NCBI GenBank assembly: GCA_951406725.2
Contig: OX597822.1
Location: 92,690,001-92,754,000 of the forward strand
Origin: Octopus vulgaris
Lineage: Eukaryota
Direction: 5' to 3'
Length of the DNA stretch: 64,000 nt
The notes beneath the pieces were generated by a model. The model searched no databases, had not been told where the DNA came from, and saw only the letters and a program-made list of their open reading frames with translations. Numbering within the stretch: position 1 is the first letter of the stretch; each line of letters starts with the position of its first letter. Positions 54,145 to 64,000 of this stretch are shown piece after piece. The position numbers were made by a program, and so were the translations under genes.

Positions 54145-55080
54145 GTAAAAGAATTTGTTAAATCTATATGTGTTATGTGGCTGTGGGGTAAAAAGTTTGC
54201 TTTGCAATTGCATGGTTCTGGGTTCGGTCCCACTGCGTGGCACCTTGGGCAAGTGTTTTCTACTATAGCCTCGGGCCGATTGATCAATGCCTTGTGAGTG
54301 GATTGGGTAGATGGAAACTGAAAGAAGCCCGTCATATATGTGTCTGTGTTTGTCCTCCACCATCGCTTGATAACTGTTGTTGGTTTGTTTACATCCCTGT
54401 AATTTAGTGGTTTGGTGAAAGAGACCGATAAAATAAGTGCAAGACTTAAAAGTAAAATAATTACTGGGATTGATTCATTTGACCGAAAATTCTTCAACCC
54501 GGTGCTCCAGCATGGCCGCAGTCAAATGACTGGGACAAATAAACGATATCATATAAAGACAGACTTCTGATGACAGTGAGGTTAAGCTGACAGTGATGAT
54601 GACATGCCCATCCCCTGACACAAACCACTGTTATTGCTCTGGTAGACATTTCTTCTCGTGTCTTTGATCTTTTAGAATTGCTCAGATTAATGTAATGAAA
54701 TAATTATTTTCTTTCATTGATTTGAATGAAAGCAGACAGCAGAGCTTGATGCTGTCTTCTCATTTGCCAGTTCCTGTTGAACTGTCCAACCCATGCCAGC
54801 ATGGAAAACAGACGTTAAATGATGATGACGGTGGTGGTGATGGTGGTGCATTGGCTTCTAGCTTTGAGATTTCAGCGATGTGATTACTCTTTCATACGTT
54901 TCGGTCATTTGACTGCGGCCATGCTGGAGCACTGCCTTTAGCCGAAGAAATCGACCCCAGGACTTACTTATTCTATCGTTCTCTTTTGCTGAACTGCTAG
55001 GTTTTGGGGACATAAACACACAAACATCAGTTGTCAAGCGATGGTTGTGGGAGGAAGGGAAGGACAAACACAGACACACT

Positions 55081-55116
<36 letters not shown>

Positions 55117-57354
55117 CATATATATACACACGATGGGCTTCTTTCAGTTTCCATCTACAAAATTCACCCACAAGGCTTTGGAAGGGCCTGAGGCTATAGT
55201 AGAAGACACTTGTTCAAGGTGTCACACAGTGGGACTGAACTCGGAGCCATGTGGCTAGGAAGGAAGCTTCTTACCACACAGCCATGTCTGGTTGTTTATT
55301 TTTAGAGTGACATTGTAGGGCAGGTACATGACTCCAGATCTGGTTGATTGGAATATAAACAGCTAGAATATTTGGGCCAGATATTCTTTTTTGCTCTAGG
55401 TTCAATGCCCGAAATTTTGGGAGAAGGGACCAGTCAAATAGATTGACCTCCAGGACGTAACTGGTACTTAATTTATCGACCCCGAAAGGATGAAAGGCAA
55501 AGTTGACCTTGGCGGAGTTTGAACTCGGAATGCAGTGGCAGACTAAATACCGCTAAGCATTTCGTCTGGCATGCTAAAGTTTCTGCTAGCTTGCCACTTT
55601 GAGAATAAAGAATATTTTTTCTATTCTTGGCACAAGTACTAGGCTTACAAAGAATGTCCTGGGGTTGATTTGTGCAAAGGTCTGAAATTTTAGATCGAGC
55701 CCAGTACGCAACTGCTACTTAATTTATTGACCCTGAAAGGATGAAAGGCAAAGTTGCCCTTGGCGGAGTTTGAACTCGGAATGCAGTGGCAGACGAAATA
55801 CTGCTAAGCATTTCGCTCTGTATGCTAACGTTTCTACTAGCTTGCCACCTTACAGGGTTTAACAAGACACGACTAGTATAAATAAAGATATTTAGTTTGT
55901 TTTTATTTAGTAGTTTCTTCCCATTGGTTGTGTAGTTAGAATGTTGTACAGCCATAGTAGTTAGATTGTACAAGGGTTGAGAACAATTCATATTGCTTCA
56001 TTAAAAAAATAGTAGTCTACCCTGTCATTGCTAGCATTGCGAAAGAGTAAACTAGTAAGATATTGTTACTATTATAGAATAACATAGGTGGAAAAAGTAC
56101 TTTTTAAAGCATATAAGTTAATATTTATATATACATATAGCTTACCAACCACGCTGCTCTGGGTTCAGTCTCACTATGTGGCACCTTGGGCAAGTGTCTT
56201 CTACTATAGCCATGGGCCGACCAAAGCCTTGTGAGTTGATTTGGTAGATGGAAACTGAAAGAAGCCCATCGTATGTATATCTATTTATATATGCATGTGT
56301 GTGTGTTTTTGTTTGTCCTCCCACCATCACTTGACAAACCAATTTTGGTGTGTTTACGTCCCCATAACTTAGCGGCTCAGCAACAGAAACTGATAGAATA
56401 CGTCGCCGTCACTTAGCGGTTCGGCAAAAGAGAGCGATAGAATAAGTACTGGGCTTACAAAGAATGTCCTGGGGTCGATTTGTGCAACTAAAGGCGGTGC
56501 TCCTGCATGGCTGCAGTCAAATGACAAACAAATAAAAGTATAATATATATATACACTTTTTTGTTTTGTCTTGTAAGTATTTGGTAACCTTGTCAGTGAA
56601 GGTGTCACTTAAAAGCACCCAGTCCACACTGTAAACTGGTTGGTATTTGAGTATTTGAAAGGGTATCCAGCTGTAAAAACCTTGCCAAAGCTGACTCCAC
56701 TTGTGCTTGTGCCATGTGAAAAATATTAAGTCCACTCTGCTGAGTAGTTGGTGTTAGGAAAGGCATCCAGCTGTAAAAATCCTGGCGCAGGCTTCTGCCT
56801 TGCCAGCTCCTGGCAAACCATCCCACCCATGCCAGCATGTAAGCTGGATATTAAACGATGGTAATGAACTCATGCGCACATACACACACATTAAATACCA
56901 AATTCATTCACAAGGTTTTTGTTGGCCTGGGGCAACTTGCCTGAAGTAGCATGCCGTAGGCCTGAACTTGGAATCCTGTAATTGGGAAACAAATTTCTTA
57001 CACATAGCCAAGACTCTGCCTATTATCTTTCTGTCTGTCTTTATAAATTGCTCTGGAATAATTTTGGTTTATATTCTATAACTCTTGTAGAAACATATGG
57101 TCTTATATTTTCCAACTGAAGTATTGCAATTTAGTTGCGCAACACCTTGCTCTTGTGCTGTCAGCATCATACCGTCTTATGTTTCAGCCCCCAAATTATT
57201 TTATAGTAGAGAGGGTCTCTCTCTTCCTCCCTCCCCCATATATATATAAATAAAAAGCATGTACCCCATGGTGTGTTGTGTAATTATTTCCCTATACAAC
57301 ATATTACCAAAACTACATCATTCAAAAGTCTCACCAGAGTAGTGACTGATTGTT

Positions 57355-57386
<32 letters not shown>

Positions 57387-57857
57387 CATACACATATCAT
57401 CATCATCATCATTGTTTAACATCTGCTTTCCATGATGGCATGGGTTGGATGGATTGACTGAAGTCTGAAGAACCAGCAACTGCACCAGGGTCCAGTCTGA
57501 CCTGGCAATGTTTTTACAGCTGGATGCCCTTCCTAACGCCAGCCACTCCGAGAGTGTAGTGGGTGCTTTATATGTGCTACCGGTACAGGAGCCAGTCAGG
57601 CGGGCCTGGCATCGATCACGTTCAGATAGTGCTTTTTACGTGCCACCAGCACGGGAGCCAGTCAGTGGGTACTGGCATCGACCTCGTTCGGATGGTTTCA
57701 CAATTGAAAGAAAAGTATGCAATACATGTAGTGGAGTATATTCATTTATTCAAGACTTATTTTTGCATGGAACAATAGTCCACAAAGGTTACATTCGATG
57801 ATCAGTGCAGGCCTTGCCTGGAGTTGGTAGATCTTTTGCCATAACCATCTATCTTAT

Positions 57858-58748
57858 ATATATATTATATGTAGAAAAATACAAACTGGGACAAGAACGT
57901 AAAACATTTAGAAGACGATACAAAAAACACGGATGGGACATTCGAAGCCTTCAATCTTCAGTCAAGAACCGGATCATCCTTGAAATTTTGGCTGATTAAT
58001 CTTGAGATCGCTCCGATCCGGCCAGCCCCAACGAAAAACTAAGCTACGAGCATTAGATTTCTTGGAAAAAGGATCGAATGTATACGAAACAAGGACAGAA
58101 AAACGGACGGTGCCATGCGAATATAAATACAAAAAACAATAATAGTAATAACAGGACAAAAACAGCGGGTGTCTTACGACTATAGACAGTACAACTTAGT
58201 TTAGCTGGCGTATTTTGGAAAAAAATGCCTTTTTCGGCAGACGAAGACAACGATGTTCTCGTGGCGCTGGTTAGATGCCGAAAGGCTGGTTGACTAGCGG
58301 TCACGTGAGAGGAGAAGAGAGAGAAAAAAAGGGGGCAAAGGAATCAAAGAGAGAGAGAAAAAGAGGGACGAAGGCACCAAAGGGGGGAGAAGAGAGAGAT
58401 AAAGAAGGAATTAAAGAGGGGAGAAGAAAGAGAGCATGCCAAGGATTGGCTTGGTGACAGAATCAGTGAGGTGCAAAGTGAGAAAGACAGAGAAATGTGA
58501 GAGAGTGGGGGAAGAGGAGACCAAAGAATCAGAGGCAAGAAAAGAGAAAAGGAGGAGGAGAAGTAGAGAGAGAAAGAGACAGATCAAAGTAGAGTGCAAA
58601 GTGTGAAAGGCAGAGAAATGTAGGAGAGAGAGACAGTGTTATAGAGTCGTACCAAATTTAAAGGAATATGTACTTACATACAAGGCCAAAGAGGGTACGG
58701 GCACCGCTATATATTATATGTAGAAAAATACAAACTGGGACAAGAACA
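57858..58748. mobile_element. Penelope-like element with ~41-bp terminal direct repeat; inverted partial copy at 63763-63933
   Basis: TATATATTATATGTAGAAAAATACAAACTGGGACAAGAAC at both ends. 63795-63932 is the reverse complement of its first ~140 bp and carries its own inverted terminus. Confidence 0.55.
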
Positions 58749-58762
58749 TATATATATATATA

Positions 58763-59062
58763 CTAGCAGTATCGCCCGGCGTTGCTCGGGTTTGTAAGGG
58801 AAATAACTATATAAGCATTTTTAGAGAGTTATAGCCGAAAAATAGCAAAAAAAATGCATTAAAAATCGAAAAAAAATGATGGTAAATTCTTTTAAAAATC
58901 GTAGACTCATTGTAGACGCATGCTAATACCCAGAAGGGCTCGATATGAATCACGACTATAAGATACTATAAGTTTTGGTTAAACTGCACCGCTAAATGTG
59001 GGAGTAGTTAGGAATCTAAATCGTAGGAGACAGACACACAACTTGACTTTTATATATAAAGA
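58763..59062 (-). mobile_element. Non-autonomous Helitron
   Basis: Minus strand starts TC and ends CTAG, with subterminal hairpin CCCGAGCAACGCCGGG; inserted between A and T. Confidence 0.8.
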
Positions 59063-59083
59063 TATGTGTATATAGACATACAT

Positions 59084-59459
59084 GTACAGGACATCAAAAA
59101 AAACGTGAACAGAATGCAAAATGAGAACATAAAAAAAAATGAAAACATGGAAAACGAACTATTTTTTGAACAATGAATGAAATAGAGAAATGAAACAGGC
59201 CACATGAAGAACAATCCCTTCATCAGTTGTCCCCTGTTTTATCTATTCTGCGTTTCGAACATTGGAACTACTGATGAAGAGATTTTCCTCATATTGTCTG
59301 TCTCGTTTCTCTGTTTGTCTGTCTCGTTTCTCTGTTTGTCTGTCTCGTTTCTCTGTTTGTTTCCTTCGTTGTTTGAAAAAAAAAAGTTTGTTTTCCACGT
59401 TTTTGTTTTCTTTATGTTCTCATTTTGCATTTTGTTCAAGTTTTTTTAACATCCTGTAC
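59084..59459. repeat. Foldback (long imperfect inverted repeat) element
   Basis: GTACAGGA.../...TCCTGTAC ends with arms complementary over ~150 bp; 21-bp unit x3 in the right arm. Confidence 0.7.
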
Positions 59460-59527
59460 CCATATATGCATGTATATATACTTATATATGTTGGTATGTA
59501 CATATATGTATGTATATAATGTATATA

Positions 59528-59561
<34 letters not shown>

Positions 59562-59562
<1 letters not shown>

Positions 59563-59928
59563 CATCATCATCATCATCATTTAGCGTCCGCTTTCCATGC
59601 TAGCATGGGTTGGACGGGTCAACTGGGGTCTGTGAAGCTGGAAGGCTTCGTCAGGCTCAGTCAGATCTGGCAGTGTTTCTATGGCTGGATGCCCTTCCTA
59701 ACGCCAACCACTCCGCGAGTGTAGTGAGTGTTTTTTACGTGCCACCTGCACAGGTGCCAGACAGAGCTGGCGAACGGCCACGAACGGATGGTGCTTTTAC
59801 GTGTCACCAGCATGGGGCCAGGCGATGCTGGCAACGGACACGAACGGATGGTGCTTTTACGTGCCACCGACACGGGGCCAGACAGAGCTGGCAAACAGCC
59901 ATGAACGGACGGTGCTTTTACGTGTCAC
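59562..59928 (-). mobile_element. RTE 3'-UTR fragment with ~42-bp internal tandem repeats (representative of many tail-only copies)
   Basis: (CAT)n tail, GGATGCCCTTCCTAACGCCAACCACTCC, repeated GGTGCTTTTACGTGCCACC units. Similar pieces at 9155-9360, 14690-15215, 17745-18110, 19290-19680, 57396-57695. Confidence 0.8.
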
Positions 59929-59988
<60 letters not shown>

Positions 59989-59993
59989 TATAG

Positions 59994-60285
59994 TGGAGGC
60001 GCAATGGCCCAGTGGTTAGGGTAGCGGACTCGCGGTCGCAGGATCGCGGTTTCGATTCCCAGACCAGGCATTGTGTGTGTTTATTGAGCGAAAATACCCA
60101 AAAGCTCCACAAGGCTCCGGCAGGGGGTGGTGATCCCTGCTGTACTCTTTCACCACTCTTTCTCTCACTCTTTCTTCTGTTGGCCTGCTCGCTTAGCGAG
60201 GTGGCGTCATTCGAAGGCTAAAACAATGCAAACCAGCGATGTGTAGCAACATCTAATGGTCTGGTCGGTCACGTGATCACGTGAT
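59994..60285 (+). mobile_element. Young CpG-rich tRNA-derived SINE (third family)
   Basis: A box TGGCCCAGTGG and B box GGTTTCGATTCC; no acceptor-stem closure as a tRNA. Related older head at 34408-34610. Confidence 0.7.
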
Positions 60286-60988
60286 ATTATTTATATTATT
60301 GTTTGATCGAATGCCACACATCCATTTCCATGAAGTCATCATCATCATCGTTTTACATCCGTTTTTCCATGCTGGCATGGATTGGATGGTTGGACTGGGG
60401 TCTGGGAAGCCCAATCTGATCTGGCAATGAGTGTTTCTACAGCTAGATGCCCTTCCTAATGCCAACCACTCCGAGAGTGTAATGGGTACTTTTTACATGG
60501 GACTGAACCTGGATGTATGTTGTTAGAAAGCAAGCTTCTTACCACATGCTGTCTATAAAAATATAATAGGTGTGGCTATGTGGTAAAAAGCTTGCTTACC
60601 AACCACATGGTTCTGGGTTCGGTCCCACTGTGTAGCACATTGGGCAAGTGTCTTCTGCTACAGCCTCGAGCCAACCAAGGCCTTATGGGTGGATTTGGTA
60701 GACGGAAACTGAAAGAAGCCCATTGTGTATATGTTTGTGTGTCTGTGTTTGTTCCCCCCAACATTGCTTGACAACCGATGTTGGTGCGTTTACGTCTCTG
60801 TAACTTAGCAGTTTGGCAAAAGAGACCAATGGAATAAGTACTAGGCTTACAAAGAATAAGTCCTGGGCTAGATTTGCTTGACTACAGGTGGTGCTCCAGC
60901 ATGGCCATAATTGACATGTACTCCACGAAATGTATTTAGTAATACAGCAGCTTAATGTTGAATTGTTTATATATAACTAGACATAGAA

Positions 60989-61020
<32 letters not shown>

Positions 61021-61203
61021 TCTCTCTCTCAGTGTGTGTGGTTCTGTTAGAACTGAAGATAAATAATATCCAATTATATCAAAGACTTGATTCTTTGTGT
61101 GGCAGACAGGTATGTTTTCTCTGTAGCAGACAACTCCCTAATTATTCTAGAGTAAGGCTAAATTTATATATATTCTAATATAAACATAAAAATAGGACTG
61201 TTA

Positions 61204-61266
<63 letters not shown>

Positions 61267-62402
61267 TATTTACGCACCACCAGCTCTTGTATCGGTGGCA
61301 TGTAAAAAGCACCATCCGAATGTGGTTGGTGCCACTGGCACGTAAAAAGCACCCACTTCACTCTCAGAGTGGTAGGTGTTAGGAAGGGCATCCAGCTGTA
61401 AAAACCCTGTCAGATCAGATTGGAGTGTGGTGCAGCCTACTGGCTTTTCAGACCTCAGTCAAACCGTCCAACCCATGCCAGCATGGAAAACAGATATTAA
61501 AGAATGATGATGATATATGTATATATATTATATTGGTGAGGCATGGCTGTGTGGTTAAGGAGCTTGCTTGGCAAACATGTGGTTTGGGGTTCAGTCCCTC
61601 TGTGTGACAGCTTGAGCTATGTCTTTTACTATAGCCCCCTGCTAACCAATGCCTTGAAAGTGGATTTGGTTGATGGAAACTGTAGAAGTGTGTCATATCC
61701 CCTGCCATGTCACTTGACAACTGATGTTGGTTTGTTTACTTTCTTGTGACCTAGTGGTTTGGCCAAAGAGACTGGTAAAATAAGTACTAGAATAAGTCCC
61801 GAGGTCAATGTGATTGACCAAACCAGTGGTTCTCACCCCCTTTTATACCTGCGGACCCCTTTGATTGCTGTTTTACTCAGGTTGATCCCCAAAGCCATTT
61901 GATGTTTAATGAAAAATCTCATAATATTTTTATAACTAAATATCATAAAGAATTGTATGAAAAAATTTAAATATTTTGTGTGTGCTGCCCGACTGGCTCC
62001 TTTGCCAGTGGCATGTAAAAAGTGCTATTTGAGTGTGGTTGATGCCAGTGGCATTAGGAAGGGCATCCAGCTATAGAAACCATGCCAAATCAGACTGGAG
62101 CCTGGTACAGCCTTCTGGCTTGCCAGTCCTCCTCAGTCACACCATCCAACCCATGCCAGCATAGAAAACAGACGTTAAACGGATAGTGCTTCTTACATAC
62201 CACCGGCATGGGGGGGCCAGTAAAGGGGTACTGGCATCGGCCATGTTCGGATGGTGCTTTTTCCGTGCCACTGGCATGGGATCCAGTCAGGTGGACCTGG
62301 CATTGAAGACGGTCCTGGCATCTTTAGTATATTTTCATTTTTATTTGTATTTTTATGTTTTCTTGTAGTTATATTTACATGTTTTATTTTGTTATATTTC
62401 AG

Positions 62403-62462
62403 AATGCTCTTGATCCTGCCAGCAAATTTGAACCTGGACATCAACGAGATTTGACCCTACGG
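62403..62462 (+). CDS. Probable coding exon (20 codons, NALDPASKFEPGHQRDLTLR) of the same gene
   Basis: Long T-rich tract ending ttatatttcag| and donor cgg|gtaggt. 60 nt, phase 0-0, non-repetitive. Confidence 0.65.
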
Positions 62463-63245
62463 GTAGGTTATGTATATTTTAAGACAGAGCCATTGTTACT
62501 TTTCTAATTATATCAACTGTATCTTTCCTGTTACAAACCCTCCTCTTCGTTGTTGTGTTCCCAGTCAAAAGAAATAGTCTGTTATTGTCGTCATCAGTGG
62601 TGTTGCTGCTTGTGGTGGGCTGGTGTAGGCGTGGCTGTCTGGTAGGAAGTTTGCCTCCCAGCCACATGGCTTTAGGCTCAGTCCCACTCTGTGGCCATGG
62701 CACCTTGGGCAAGCGTCTTTTACTAGCCCCAGGCCAACCAAAGCCTTGGGAGTGGATTTGGTAGATGTAAACTGAAAGAAGCCATTTGTATGTGTGTGTG
62801 TGTGTGTGTGTGTATATATACTATATGCTTTTATTTGTTTCAGTCATTTGACTGTGGCCATGCTGGAGTACCGCCTTTAGTTGAACAAATTGACCCCAGA
62901 GCTTACCCTTTATAAGCCTTGTACTTATTCTATCGGTCTTGTTTTGCTGAACTGCTAAGTTACAGGGATGTAAACACATCAGAATCAGTTGTCATGCGAT
63001 GGCGGGGGAACAAACACAGACACACAACCACACACACACACACACACATATACGACGGGCTTTTTTCAGTTTCCATCTACCAAATCCACTCACAAGGCTT
63101 TGGTTGGCCCAAGGCTATAGTAGAAGACACTTGCCCAAGGTGCCATGCAGTGGGACTGAATCTGGAAACATGTGGTTGGTATGCAAGCTACTTACCACAC
63201 AGCCACTCCTGCACCTATTATAATATATATATATATATATATATA

Positions 63246-63510
63246 CTAGCTGAGGTACCCGGTAAAAATTACCCGTAATAAGATGTTTGTTGATAGCCAT
63301 GAAACAATTTTCATTAAATTTTGGCATTTTTCAAAAAATTAAAATCGATGCTGATTAAAAATTGATTTAAAAAAAATTCCAAGTGCATAAGTGACCACAT
63401 GGGCATAAGTCCCTCATATGTGTCAAGTTTCATCAAGGTCTGTTGGATAGTCTTGGAGGGGATAAAGTAACAAATTCACAAACACAAACGTGCTATTTAT
63501 TATTATTATT
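63246..63510 (-). mobile_element. Non-autonomous Helitron (different family)
   Basis: CTAG terminus with nearby GGTAA-aaa-TTACC hairpin in (TA)n; 5' end degenerate. Confidence 0.55.
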
Positions 63511-63933
63511 ATATATATATATGTATATATATATGTTTGTGTGTGTGTTTGTGTGTCTGTATTTGTCCCCCTAGCATTGCTTGACAACCAATGCTGTTGT
63601 GTTTATGTCCCCGTCAGCGGTTCGGCAAAAAGAGACCGATAGAATAAGTACTGGGCTTACAAAGAATAAGTCCCGGGGTCAAGTTGCTCGATTAAAGGCG
63701 GTGCTCCAGTATGGCCACAGTCAAATGACTGAAACAACTAAAAGAGTAATAATATATGTATAAAAAATATATATAAAAATACAAAATGGGACAAGATTAA
63801 TCAGCCAAAATTGCGAGGATGATCCGGTTCTTGACTGAAGATTAGAGGCTTTGAATGACCCGTCCGTTTTTTGTGTTGTCTATTTGAGTGTTTTGCGTTC
63901 TTGTCCCATTTTGTATTTTTATATATATTTTTT

Positions 63934-63964
<31 letters not shown>

Positions 63965-64000
63965 GGGAGAGTTTATGAAAAAATCAAAAGACGAAGACAG

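Noticed and set aside
59730-59928. ~42-bp repeats with variable inner sequence, superficially CRISPR-like
   Set aside because: Tandem minisatellite of the RTE 3' UTR; units are homologous along their whole length, and the context is eukaryotic.
59994-60070. Possible tRNA gene
   Set aside because: A and B boxes are present but there is no acceptor stem; it continues into a SINE body.

Overview
AT-rich, repeat-dominated animal genomic DNA, most likely a coleoid cephalopod (Octopus). This is inferred from the dense OR-type tRNA/CORE SINEs, RTE LINEs and long TA/CA/ATT microsatellites. Almost all listed ORFs are spurious microsatellite or SINE translations. Real coding signal: four phase-0 exons on + (49762-50010, 52528-52572, 53950-54144, 62403-62462) of a large coiled-coil protein with an AKAP9/pericentrin-like N-terminus, decayed RTE LINE pieces (two carrying a PHD-type C4HC3 finger inside the RT region), and a decayed mariner. 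Also present: a 5S rRNA pseudogene, Helitron/Helentron, piggyBac-, hAT- and Tc1-type MITEs, and a 100-N gap. The most notable signal is RNA-level. At least four unrelated families of type I hammerhead-ribozyme motifs occur here. One is a 354-nt, highly base-paired, terminally redundant retrozyme-like unit at 4752-5144 with a Schistosoma-like CAAAUA loop. The others are minimal dimer-type hammerheads in inverted Penelope-like insertions (two with clear TSDs), one family carrying a swapped G3-C8 catalytic-core pair. All RNA folds were read by eye, not computed.
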